Both the position numbers and the translations under genes were made by a program. The notes under the pieces were generated by a model. That model saw only the letters and a program-made list of their open reading frames with translations. It did not search any database and was not told where the DNA came from. A DNA stretch of 63,346 bases. It comes from an uncultured Myxococcales bacterium. Lineage in GTDB: Bacteria; Desulfobacterota; Binatia; UBA1149; SPBQ01. Shown in pieces: positions 26,465 through 35,367 of the stretch. Each line of letters opens with the position of its first letter. Within the stretch, counting starts at the first letter, position 1. The stretch lies in NCBI GenBank assembly GCA_964478045.1, contig CAYZHO010000002.1:1-63346 (forward strand). Direction: 5' to 3'.

Positions 26465-29329
26465 CTACGCCTTCTCGACCTCGACGCGCGTGTCGCGGTC
26501 GAACTGACCCGGCTGCATGCAAATCGACATCGGTCTCAAGTGGAACTGGCCGCCGGCCAACTCGACTGGATTGATTGGACTCGGCATCAGGTTCTGGAAG
26601 CCCTTACCGTCCTTGAACTGGAAGTTCTCCCACGCGTGGTAGATGATCAGTTGGCCGGGCCGCACGGCCGGACTCGGCTTCGCCTGAATGCGGAAGCTGT
26701 CTAAGTCGTTTCGTACGATCACCTCGTCGCCATCGCGAATTCCGCGGGCCCGCGCGTCCTCCACACTCATGTACATGACGGGCACGCCGCGCTGCTGGCG
26801 CAGCATCAGCGCGTCGTCGCGCCACTGCGCGTGAATGCTCCACCGCGTGTGCCCGCCGGTCAGCTGGAGCGGATAGTTCCCGCCGGCCGCAGGCGGATCC
26901 TTGTGGCGCGGCAGGGCCTCGTCGAGCTCGAGGTACAGTGGATGGTCGATGTAGAACTGGATCCGCCGCGTCGTGGTCGGGTAGGGTTTCTTGTCCCGCA
27001 CGTGATGTAGCAGGGGCGTCCATGTTTCGTTCGGCCCGGCGTCGGTCGCGTTGCCGATCGAAACAGAACTGTTGCCCGGGCCGGTAAAACGCGTGAAGCC
27101 TTTCTCCTGGATTTCCCGCCAAGCCTCTTTCTTGACGTTCGTCGATTTGGCGAGCAGGTCGCCGGCGACCTCGCCCTCCGCCTCAGCACCGAAGCGGCCG
27201 TCGTAACAGAACTCCGCGTGCAGCTTTTGCAGCGAATGCTTCCTGCCCATATCGTCGACGTACTCGTCGACTCCTTGCTTGCGCGCGATCTCGGAAATCT
27301 TGCGGGTCAAATGGTAAATGAGCTTCCACTCGTGCCAGGCTTCTCCCGACGCCCCCGCACTCGTGCCGCCGTGGAGAAACGGCATCAACGGGGTTCCCCA
27401 CTTGTGATCGGTGCGCTCGTACCACGCGGTGATCGGCAACACGTAGTCCGCGTACAGGCCGGTCGATGTCATGCGCCAGTCGAGCACGGCGATGCGCGTC
27501 AGCTTGGGCCAAAGGTGCTTGAGCAGCAGCGGATACGCTCGAATTCGACGCAGGATGTTCGAGCCGAGCGTGAACATCATCCGCGGATCCTTGCCCGGCT
27601 TGGGGCGCACGTACTGCCAGCCTTTCTCTAGCGACTCCTCGAGATAGTCCTTGAGCGGCCGCTTTAGGAACGGGTCCCACTCTTGCGTGCGGCCGCTGTA
27701 TTCGAGCAGGCCGCCGTGGATGGCCCAAAACAGAACGCCGCACGTGAACACCCTGCCGTCACGGTACGAATCGCGCGACAGCTCGTACGTGGTCATTTCG
27801 TCCGTGAAGCCGTGCCATTCGAGCCACTTCTTCTTCGGCAGGATGTTGGCCCAGAGCTTTGCCGTGTCGATGAGCCCCGTGCGGCTAATCGCGAACTCGT
27901 CGAAACCGTCGTTGGTCAGGAACGGAAACGCGACGAAACCGCCCCCTTTCTTTCCAATGTGACCGCGCAGCGCGAACAGCAGGGCCTGACTGCGTTCGAT
28001 CAGATTGCCGTGATAGTACTTCGAAAAATTCGAGGTGGTGACGTTGGTCGCCGACTTGGCGGCGCCGAGCCGGCGCGCAAGCTCCCGGATCAGGGCCGGC
28101 GGCGTCCCGCAGATCCGCGCGGCGCGCTCGGGAGTGTAGTCGGCCAGCCGCTCGCGCAGTCGCTCGAAGACGGGGCGCACCGAAACTTTGCCGCTGCGCG
28201 TTTCGACTTCGTACGTGCCTTCTAGCGCCGGATCCGATCCACCGAGCTCCAGCCTCTCCCGAGGCACTGCGACGGCCTTGCCGCGCCGGCGGTCGAACCA
28301 GTAGAAGACATCCTCGTCCCCACCTTCCTCCACGTCGCTCTGCCGCAGCAGGCGCCCGTCGTCGTCGCGCACCAAAAGCGGCAAGTCGGTCTGCTCGATC
28401 ACGAAGTCGCGGTCGTAGAGCCCCTCGTCGATCAGGATCTTCGCCACCGCCAGCGCGAGCGCCGCGTCGCAACCAGGCTTTACCGGAACCCACAAGTCGC
28501 TGTGAATGGACGAGGGGCTGTAATCCGGTGCGACCGTCACGAGCTGGGTGCCGTTGTAGCGTGCCTCGTAGAGGAAGTGCGCGTTCGGAATCTGAGTGGC
28601 GACCGGATTGGCGCCCCAGATCAGGATCAAGTCCGAATAGAAGTAATCATCGGCCGAGCGCTCGAAGACGATCTTTCCGAACGTCTCGGCAGCGCCGCGG
28701 TGGCCGTCCCCGATCTCGGTGTTCATGTCGAGCGAGACGGTCCCGGCCAGGTACGAAAAGCGCGCCTGCGCTGCCGCCATCGCGCCGAACGTGTAGAGGG
28801 GACCGTTGTCCCAGAAAATGCACTCGGGCCCTTCCTCGGTCGCTACGCGGACGAACTCGGCAGCCAAGTCGTCGAGCGCCTCGTCCCAAGTAACGCGCTT
28901 GAACCTCCCGGACCCGCGCTCGCCCACGCGCTTGAGCGGATAGAGCACCCGAGCCGGGTCATACATTCGCTCGCTATAGCAGGCTCCTTTCTGGCACCCT
29001 CTGGGGTTGAAGTCGGGCAGCTCCGGTCTGGTCTGGGGGTAAGCCGCGACTTGCTCCTCGCGCCAGACGATCCCGTCCTTGACGTAGACGTTCCAGGCAC
29101 AGTGGGACTGGTACCAGCAGTTGGTGAAGTGGGAGCTCTTGTGAATCCGGTCCCACGTCCACTTCTGCCGGTAGACGTCCCGCCAGTCGCCGTAAGCGGC
29201 CTCGGCACCCCTACCACTGGCCCCCGCGGCCGCTACCCCCCGGGACCCGAGCGGCCTCAGGTCGCTCAGGACGAGGGCAACCCCGGCCAGGCCTCCGGCG
29301 ACCAGAAACCGACGCCGCGTGATCGCCAT
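26465..29329 (-). CDS. Type II DMSO-reductase-family alpha subunit, EbdA/NarG-like, Tat signal (paralog A5)
   Basis: MAITRRRFLVAGGLAG. Motif HFTNCWYQSHC...NPRGC. Blocks EQTDLPLLVR, YPTTTRRIQFYIDH, GGHTRWSIH. 954 aa. Confidence 0.9.
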   Translation of the reverse strand: MAITRRRFLVAGGLAGVALVLSDLRPLGSRGVAAAGASGRGAEAAYGDWRDVYRQKWTWDRIHKSSHFTNCWYQSHCAWNVYVKDGIVWREEQVAAYPQTRPELPDFNPRGCQKGACYSERMYDPARVLYPLKRVGERGSGRFKRVTWDEALDDLAAEFVRVATEEGPECIFWDNGPLYTFGAMAAAQARFSYLAGTVSLDMNTEIGDGHRGAAETFGKIVFERSADDYFYSDLILIWGANPVATQIPNAHFLYEARYNGTQLVTVAPDYSPSSIHSDLWVPVKPGCDAALALAVAKILIDEGLYDRDFVIEQTDLPLLVRDDDGRLLRQSDVEEGGDEDVFYWFDRRRGKAVAVPRERLELGGSDPALEGTYEVETRSGKVSVRPVFERLRERLADYTPERAARICGTPPALIRELARRLGAAKSATNVTTSNFSKYYHGNLIERSQALLFALRGHIGKKGGGFVAFPFLTNDGFDEFAISRTGLIDTAKLWANILPKKKWLEWHGFTDEMTTYELSRDSYRDGRVFTCGVLFWAIHGGLLEYSGRTQEWDPFLKRPLKDYLEESLEKGWQYVRPKPGKDPRMMFTLGSNILRRIRAYPLLLKHLWPKLTRIAVLDWRMTSTGLYADYVLPITAWYERTDHKWGTPLMPFLHGGTSAGASGEAWHEWKLIYHLTRKISEIARKQGVDEYVDDMGRKHSLQKLHAEFCYDGRFGAEAEGEVAGDLLAKSTNVKKEAWREIQEKGFTRFTGPGNSSVSIGNATDAGPNETWTPLLHHVRDKKPYPTTTRRIQFYIDHPLYLELDEALPRHKDPPAAGGNYPLQLTGGHTRWSIHAQWRDDALMLRQQRGVPVMYMSVEDARARGIRDGDEVIVRNDLDSFRIQAKPSPAVRPGQLIIYHAWENFQFKDGKGFQNLMPSPINPVELAGGQFHLRPMSICMQPGQFDRDTRVEVEKA

Positions 29330-29342
29330 GGCCGCACCCCGC

Positions 29343-30404
29343 TCAGGCGCTTCGGCCCCACTCGATCGTCGACGGATCCCTCTTCCAGGCGAACATGTCG
29401 AGCCAGCGCCGCGAAATCAGGATGTCCATCAGTTCGGACTTTCCACCCGCGCGGGTCTTGGCCATCTCGGCCTTGAGGACCGCTAGAGCCTCGTGGACCT
29501 TCGGGCCGAACAAGTACTCGAGATACTCGTTCGGAATCCGCGGCTGGCTCTCGTCGATCTCGCCGTTCTCGTCGAGCCGCGGCGGTGCCAGCGGCGGCAC
29601 ATAGTAGACGTTCGGCTCGGTACCGAACTCGGGATGGAGGGGAATCGCCACCTTCCATTTGTAGACGAGCTTGTAGATCGGCCCATCCTGGTCATCGAGG
29701 TAGCCAGCGAACCGCACCCGGCCGGGGCACATGCGGGCGCAAGCCGGGGCCACGTCCTGGTCCACTCGCACGAAGCAGAAGATGCACTTCTGCGCGACCT
29801 TGCGCGCGTGGTTGAAGTAAATCTTCTTGTACGGGCACGCCTCCATGCAGAAGCGGTAGCCCCGGCAGCGGTCTTCGTTGATCAGGACGATCCCGTCTTC
29901 CTTGCGCTTCTCGATCGCATGGCGCGGGCACGCGTCCAGGCACGCCGGGTGCGTGCAGTGGTTACAGATGCGCGGCAGGTAGAAGAAGTAGCTGTTCGGA
30001 TACTCGCCGCCGCCCTGGTCTTCGTCCCAGTTCGGACCCCACGTCGGGTTGCCCTCGGGCTTGAGATGCACCTTGTTGCCCTTGCCGCCGTAGAAGACTT
30101 CTTCGTAGTTGAACTTCCATGCTTCACCGAAGTCTTCTCGGGTCGGGAGCTTTCCGGGCCGCGGAATCCGGTCTTTGCCTTCGACCTTGAACCCGCCGCC
30201 CATCTTTTCATAGTCGCGCGGCGTACCCCGCCCGGGCTGCGTGTTCACCGTGGCCCACCACATGTACTCCATCCCTTCGTCGCGGGTCCACAGGCGCTTG
30301 CAGGCGATGGTGCACGTTTGACACCCCAGGCATTTGTTGAGGTCGAAGACCATCGCCACCTGGTGGGCAGGCCCCTGCTTTTCGCTCTTTCGCGTCCTAG
30401 GCAT
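29343..30404 (-). CDS. NarH/EbdB-like iron-sulfur (beta) subunit, four Cys clusters (B2)
   Basis: CLGCQTCTIAC, CNHCTHPACLDAC, CRGYRFCMEACP and CIFCFVRVDQDVAPACARMCP. 353 aa. GGAAGGAG RBS. Close paralog of B1. Confidence 0.92.
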   Translation of the reverse strand: MPRTRKSEKQGPAHQVAMVFDLNKCLGCQTCTIACKRLWTRDEGMEYMWWATVNTQPGRGTPRDYEKMGGGFKVEGKDRIPRPGKLPTREDFGEAWKFNYEEVFYGGKGNKVHLKPEGNPTWGPNWDEDQGGGEYPNSYFFYLPRICNHCTHPACLDACPRHAIEKRKEDGIVLINEDRCRGYRFCMEACPYKKIYFNHARKVAQKCIFCFVRVDQDVAPACARMCPGRVRFAGYLDDQDGPIYKLVYKWKVAIPLHPEFGTEPNVYYVPPLAPPRLDENGEIDESQPRIPNEYLEYLFGPKVHEALAVLKAEMAKTRAGGKSELMDILISRRWLDMFAWKRDPSTIEWGRSA

Positions 30405-30424
30405 GGCTTACTCCTTCCGGCGGA

Positions 30425-31075
30425 TCACTCCGCAAGCTGAAACTCGATCCAGTTCTCCGTAAAGCCCTTGTAGCCGGCCCTTTCGCCGTGGCTTCCTTCC
30501 CAAACCGCTACGCCGAACTTGGACGAGGCGCCCGGGGCCAGCCGCACGGACTTACCGCCCCCCGCACCGGCGAGGTCGCGCGCGAGCACGAGCAGCCATC
30601 GGTCGCCCTTGTGGACCGCCTTGGCTTCGACCGCCTCCCCGGTCGGCTCGGTGGTGCCGACTCCTTTCGCCCACACCGAGCGGCCCTCCTCGCTGTCCGC
30701 GCGCCACTGCCACCCGTTGACCCACTGCTGCTCGTTGCCCATCGTGTTGATCGGGGCATCCTTGCCAATCGGGAACAGCACCGCAGCGCCGTCCGGAAAC
30801 ACGTTGTTGTCGGTCGGCTCCCGGTTTTCCGTGGGGTCCTTCCACTCGAGGCGAATGTAGAGCTTGCTGCCGTCGTGGCACAGCCTCGCCTCGACCTGCT
30901 TGACGGCGTTGATCTCCTTCTTGTCCTTCCACGCCGTGCGCGTATATGGCGTCGGCTGGTTGCCGATCGGCGTGGGCTTGAGCTCGAGCGACAGCGGCTT
31001 CACGGCGCTCCATGCGGAGGACGTCGGGTCGAGGAGCTTGTCGTGAGCCGCGCTGACCTTCTTGACTACCAGCAT
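30425..31075 (-). CDS. EbdC-like (EB_dh family) haem b gamma subunit, no N-terminal signal peptide
   Basis: 216 aa, matching the size of type II DMSOR gamma subunits. Candidate Met (PINTMGN) and Lys (ERAGYKGFTENW) haem ligands. Strong GGGAGGG RBS 6-7 nt before the ATG. The upstream in-frame sequence is hydrophilic, so no hidden signal peptide exists. Confidence 0.78.
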   Translation of the reverse strand: MLVVKKVSAAHDKLLDPTSSAWSAVKPLSLELKPTPIGNQPTPYTRTAWKDKKEINAVKQVEARLCHDGSKLYIRLEWKDPTENREPTDNNVFPDGAAVLFPIGKDAPINTMGNEQQWVNGWQWRADSEEGRSVWAKGVGTTEPTGEAVEAKAVHKGDRWLLVLARDLAGAGGGKSVRLAPGASSKFGVAVWEGSHGERAGYKGFTENWIEFQLAE

Positions 31076-31698
31076 GTGAGACCCTCCCTGCTCGTTCTTA
31101 CCTTTTCGGTTCGTTGTCCCCCGGTCACTAACAGGCGCACTCGCACGAGCCGCGCCCGCAGGTTGCGCACTGTACGCCCGAGACTAGCCAGTACGTGCAG
31201 TGGAATCATCACGTACAGCGCATAGCTGAACACGTCGTGCAGCGTGTAGGACCAGTCGATCACCGGATCGGGGAGACCCCGCTGAAACCACAGCAGAAAC
31301 CCGGTTACCACGAAGACGGCGCCCGAAACGATCGTGAACCAGAGGTTGATCGCGTGGATGGCCAACTTCTCCAGCCGCCAACTGCGCAACTGGATCGTTT
31401 CCCATGCTTCGGCCGGCCCCAGCGCAAAGGCGAGCAGGGGCACGACGAGCATCGCCACTCCCGCCCACTCGTGCCACCACGCTACCGTTTGGCCGTAGCC
31501 GCCGATCAAGCGCGCTCGCCAATCCGGGTACTGAATCAGCAGCCCCGTCGCCACCAGCACGAACACGACCGTGGCGTACAGGAAGTGGAACCAAGGATAC
31601 GAGGCCCACGGTTCGAAAGCCCGGCTGGAGACCGGCTCAGCCGGGGCTTCGACCGGAGTCTCAAGGTCCTCGGCCAATGATGTCCGCTGCGCGTTCAC
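31066..31698 (-). CDS. Four-helix membrane dihaem cytochrome b (FdnI / Ni-Fe-hydrogenase cytochrome b-like)
   Basis: The GTG at 31698 forms a GTGA overlap with the A6 stop. Four hydrophobic helices each carry His (WFHFLY, WWHEWAG, AIHAINLW, TLHDV..IPLHVL). The 3' end overlaps the gamma gene start by 10 nt. Confidence 0.65.
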   Translation of the reverse strand: MNAQRTSLAEDLETPVEAPAEPVSSRAFEPWASYPWFHFLYATVVFVLVATGLLIQYPDWRARLIGGYGQTVAWWHEWAGVAMLVVPLLAFALGPAEAWETIQLRSWRLEKLAIHAINLWFTIVSGAVFVVTGFLLWFQRGLPDPVIDWSYTLHDVFSYALYVMIPLHVLASLGRTVRNLRARLVRVRLLVTGGQRTEKVRTSREGLTCW

Positions 31699-34600
31699 GC
31701 GACCTTCCTCATGCCCACGGCAACTGCTCGGTCGGCCTGCACCGGTTGCCAGTTCCACCGCCAGTAACGCAGGTGTCCGTAGCCGCCGGCAAAGTGGAGA
31801 TACTTGACCATCCCGGGAATTGCCGCGTCGTAACTACGCCAGTTCGGAAACTGGTACGGCTCCCACGCGTGGTAGATGACGACTTGACCTGGCCGCACAG
31901 AAGGTGCCGTGATGATGTGAACCTGGAACCGGTCGAAGTCGTTGTATACTTCGACCAGGTCCCCGTCCTTTGCCCCAATCCGCTCGGCGTCCTTCGGGTT
32001 GACGAACAGGCCCGGCCGTCCCCGGTGCGTGTACTGGATCAGCTTGTTGACCACCCAGATCGAGTGGATACTCCAGCGCAAGTGCCCGCTCGTCATGCGG
32101 AACGGGTAGTCGCCACCCATCTTCGGGTTCGGCTTGAAGACCGGCAGCTCCTCGCCCGCTTCCAGGAACCAGTCGTGGTCGATGTAGAACTGGGCCCGGC
32201 GCGAGTACGTCGGATAGGGCACCTTGTCCCGCACGTGCCATTGTAAAGCGACCACCGGCTTGTCCGGCTCGATGTCGCAGGAGGTGTTGAGCGAGACCGG
32301 ATCGTACGGGTCGAGCCCCGTCATCCGGTGAAAGCCCTTTTCTTTGTAGTCCTCGAGCGTCGCGCTCTGGTCATAGAGCCCGATCCTGCGCTGATCGTCG
32401 ATCCATACTTTGAGCGCTTCGAGGTAGCCCTCGCGATTGACCGGCAGCTTGCGCGTGAACAAATCGTGGGCGTCCTCGTAGGTGCGCTTGATGCCGAGCC
32501 GCCGTGCCATTCCCGGCAGCACCACCGAGACGGCCCGCTCGAACAGCGCCTTGCCCATGATTCGGTGCAGGGCTCGCATGTAGCCCGGCAGCAAGGCCAC
32601 CAGGTCCGACGTCATGCGCTCTTCCTGGCGGAAGCTGTCGATCTTGCGCTCGCGGGCCCGGTCGCGAATCTTTTCCGACAGCCGGCCGAAGATCTCCCAC
32701 TCGGTGATGCAGTCGCCGACCGGCTCGACCGCCTTGTCCGTAAACGTGTTGTAACTGACCGTAGGCGTGAAGAAGCGAAAATCCTCGCGTTCGTAGAACC
32801 AGGCCGGCGGCAGCACCACGTCCGCGTACAGGCAGGTCGTGCTCATGCGCGGGTCCACGCACACCACCAGCTTGAGCTTCGGCCACAAGTGCTTGAGCAG
32901 GCGATTGAGCCCGCCGCGCGTGCGGCGCAGGGTGCTGCCGGCGATTCCGATCAGGACCTGAGGCGGCTTGTCCGGACCTGGCCGCATCAGGCCTTCCCAC
33001 CAGCCTTTCTTCTTCGCTTCCTCGACGTACTCGTCGAAGGAGCGCTTCATCGTGGGGTCCCCCCACTCTTTCTTGTTCCACACCTCCCGGTAGCCGGCGT
33101 GGTGGTACCAGTAGAACGCCGGCGGGACCATGCTCGTCAGCCGCCCGATGATCCGCTCGGATTCGATCGCCGCTTGCTCGTCCGTCAGGGTCGGATCGCG
33201 CTGGCGCAACAGCTTGATGAAGTTCCAGTGATTCTTGGTGATCCGCTCGAACTCTTCATCCCCGTGCTTCTCGCGCGCCATGGAGATGTGGGAGGCGTGC
33301 CCCGACTCGTTCCAGCCGGCGCTCCCCGTGCCCGAACGGCCCCAGTTGCCGCTCAGGGCTAGAACCAGCGACTGCGCCCGCTCGATCAAATCCCCGTGAT
33401 AGTACTTGGCCGAGTTCCACCCGAGGATGATCATCGTCTTTTTGGTCGCGACCAGGCGGGCCAGTCGCCGAATCACGCCGGGTGCCGTTCCGCACAGTTT
33501 CGACGCCTTCTCCGGCGTGTAGTCACGCTCGATCCGCTCGCGCAGCAGCGAGAACACCGTTCGCACCTCGACCGTCTCGCCGTTGGCGAGCTTGACCTCG
33601 GCGCGCGCGTCGAGCTTGGGATCGATGCCCTGCCATCGCAGCGTATCGAGCGGCGCCCGCGCCGGTTTGCCCGTGCGCGCATCGAGCACGTAGAGCTGGT
33701 CTTCGCGAACGCCTTCGCCTTCGAGCTCGGGCCCGCGCAGGTACTTGCGCGTATCGGTGCGCACGAGCAGCGGCAGATCCGTCTGCTCCTTGACGAACTC
33801 CTCGTTGACCAGCCCTTCGGAGATCATCACATGCGCCATGCCCAGGGCCAGTGCCGCATCGGCGCCGAAGTCGACCGGCACGTACAAGTCCGCGTGCATC
33901 GTCGAGGGGCTTGCATCCGGCGCAATCGTGACCACCGTCGCGCCGCGGTAGCGGGCCTCGGAGATGAAATGGTACGAGGGAATCCGGGTGTAGATCGGGT
34001 TCTTGTGCCAGATGAGAATGACGTCCGCGTTGAACCAGTCGTCGACCGAGCTGGCCTGCTGGAACTTACCGAACGTGATGTACTGGCCGACGTTGAAGTC
34101 GTTGATCAGGCCGTCGACGTCCAAGGTCGTCATTCCCTGGGACATCGCAAACCGGCTAGCCGCCTCGGCCTGAAAGATGCCGATGTTGCCGGGTCCCATC
34201 TCCATGATGCACGACTCGGGCCCGACGTTTTGCTGCGCGTCGATGATCGCATCGGCGACCATCGTTAGGGCCTCGTCCCAGGTAGCCCGGCGCCATTTGC
34301 CCTGGCCGCGCTCGCCGACTCGGATGAGCGGATACTTGATCCGCTCCTTGGCGTACATCACGTTGCCGAAGCTCGCCCCTTTCTGGCAGCCGCGGGGATT
34401 CATGTCCGGCATTTCCGGATTGAGCTGCGGGTAGTGGCCGGTTTGTTCCTCGCGAATGACCATCCCGTCCTTAACGTAGACCGTCCACGAGCAATTGCCC
34501 GGGTAGCAGTCCACGCAGTGAGTGACCCGGTGCCTGCTGTCCCAGGTCCACTTTTCGGCCATCAGCTTCTGCCAGTTCTCATAGGGCTTGGGCGGCTCCA

Positions 34601-34730
34601 CGGCCGGTGCCGCTTCGGCCCGAAGGGGAGCCAGACGCGACAAGGTCAGACCGACCACGGTCACCGCCGAGGTCTTGAGGAACTCTCTGCGCGTAATGTT
34701 AAGGCCCGTCATCTCTCCCGGTCCTTTCAT
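31695..34730 (-). CDS. Type II DMSO-reductase-family alpha subunit, divergent paralog (A6), Tat signal
   Basis: MKGPGEMTGLNITRREFLKTSAV (alternative ATG at 34712). Motif HCVDC-x4-C-x34-C. Blocks EQTDLPLLVR, YPTYSRRAQFYIDHDWF, SGHLRWSIH. It is the longest paralog (1005-1011 aa), with extra internal segments. Confidence 0.88.
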   Translation of the reverse strand: MKGPGEMTGLNITRREFLKTSAVTVVGLTLSRLAPLRAEAAPAVEPPKPYENWQKLMAEKWTWDSRHRVTHCVDCYPGNCSWTVYVKDGMVIREEQTGHYPQLNPEMPDMNPRGCQKGASFGNVMYAKERIKYPLIRVGERGQGKWRRATWDEALTMVADAIIDAQQNVGPESCIMEMGPGNIGIFQAEAASRFAMSQGMTTLDVDGLINDFNVGQYITFGKFQQASSVDDWFNADVILIWHKNPIYTRIPSYHFISEARYRGATVVTIAPDASPSTMHADLYVPVDFGADAALALGMAHVMISEGLVNEEFVKEQTDLPLLVRTDTRKYLRGPELEGEGVREDQLYVLDARTGKPARAPLDTLRWQGIDPKLDARAEVKLANGETVEVRTVFSLLRERIERDYTPEKASKLCGTAPGVIRRLARLVATKKTMIILGWNSAKYYHGDLIERAQSLVLALSGNWGRSGTGSAGWNESGHASHISMAREKHGDEEFERITKNHWNFIKLLRQRDPTLTDEQAAIESERIIGRLTSMVPPAFYWYHHAGYREVWNKKEWGDPTMKRSFDEYVEEAKKKGWWEGLMRPGPDKPPQVLIGIAGSTLRRTRGGLNRLLKHLWPKLKLVVCVDPRMSTTCLYADVVLPPAWFYEREDFRFFTPTVSYNTFTDKAVEPVGDCITEWEIFGRLSEKIRDRARERKIDSFRQEERMTSDLVALLPGYMRALHRIMGKALFERAVSVVLPGMARRLGIKRTYEDAHDLFTRKLPVNREGYLEALKVWIDDQRRIGLYDQSATLEDYKEKGFHRMTGLDPYDPVSLNTSCDIEPDKPVVALQWHVRDKVPYPTYSRRAQFYIDHDWFLEAGEELPVFKPNPKMGGDYPFRMTSGHLRWSIHSIWVVNKLIQYTHRGRPGLFVNPKDAERIGAKDGDLVEVYNDFDRFQVHIITAPSVRPGQVVIYHAWEPYQFPNWRSYDAAIPGMVKYLHFAGGYGHLRYWRWNWQPVQADRAVAVGMRKVA

Positions 34731-35227
34731 CCGTACAGCTCGTCGATCGCGTCGCTGATGCGGCGTACCATGTCCCGGAACGACTCGATTTCCTCGGGGC
34801 GAAAACGCTCGAGCAGGCGGCGCAGCCTAGCGATCTGCATCTCCTGAACGTCGCGCACGACTCGCCAACCCTCTCTCGTCAAGTAAAGATGGAAGCTACG
34901 GCGGTCGCTTGGGTCGGGACGTTTCTCGACCCACCCGAGCGAGCACAGCCGGCCGAGCGCCGTGCACGCCGACGGCGTGGTGATCGCCAGGCGGCGCGCG
35001 GCCTCAACGACCGACAGGCCCGGGTTGATTGAGAGCATTTCGAGGAAACGCAGTTGGCTCGGCGTGGCGCCGTAGCGGGTGTCGCTTACGACGTCGGAGA
35101 CGAAGTGCTTGAAGATCGCCGTAAGCAGACCCCCCAGCTCGTGGACGATCGCTAGTTCGACCGGCCCCGGCGAGTGTTCTCCCGGCGCCACGGTGGCGGC
35201 GCCGGGTACGGCTGTCTGGCGCTGCAT
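34727..35227 (-). CDS. MarR-family transcriptional regulator
   Basis: Winged-helix pattern: TPSQLRFLEMLSINPGLSVVEAARRLAITTPSACTALGRLCSLGWVEKRPDPSDRRSFHLYLTREG. Its stop forms an ATGA overlap with the A6 start. Confidence 0.85.
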   Translation of the reverse strand: MQRQTAVPGAATVAPGEHSPGPVELAIVHELGGLLTAIFKHFVSDVVSDTRYGATPSQLRFLEMLSINPGLSVVEAARRLAITTPSACTALGRLCSLGWVEKRPDPSDRRSFHLYLTREGWRVVRDVQEMQIARLRRLLERFRPEEIESFRDMVRRISDAIDELYG

Positions 35228-35285
35228 CCTTTTCCTACCTCGGTTGCAGGCCTCCCCGGCTTCCCGTGTACGCGCCAGTCATTAG

Positions 35286-35367
35286 TGAGTCAAGCAAACT
35301 GTCTCAAAAAAGTTGCGCTGCACCGCAGCATCGCCGGCGGTAATGGCGGGCGGCCCGCCTTGACTCA
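35286..35367. promoter_or_regulatory. Perfect 9-nt inverted repeat TGAGTCAAG (35286-35294) / CTTGACTCA (35359-35367) in the marR / A7 divergent intergenic region
   Basis: Read directly from the sequence, with 64 nt between the arms. The second arm contains TTGACT (a -35-like hexamer). The adjacent palindrome GGCGGGC-G-GCCCGCC lies at 35345-35359. Confidence 0.3.

Noticed and set aside
31076-31140. A hidden upstream start that would add a signal peptide to the gamma subunit.
   Set aside because: The in-frame upstream codons encode hydrophilic residues with no hydrophobic core. A strong RBS sits directly before the ATG at 31075.
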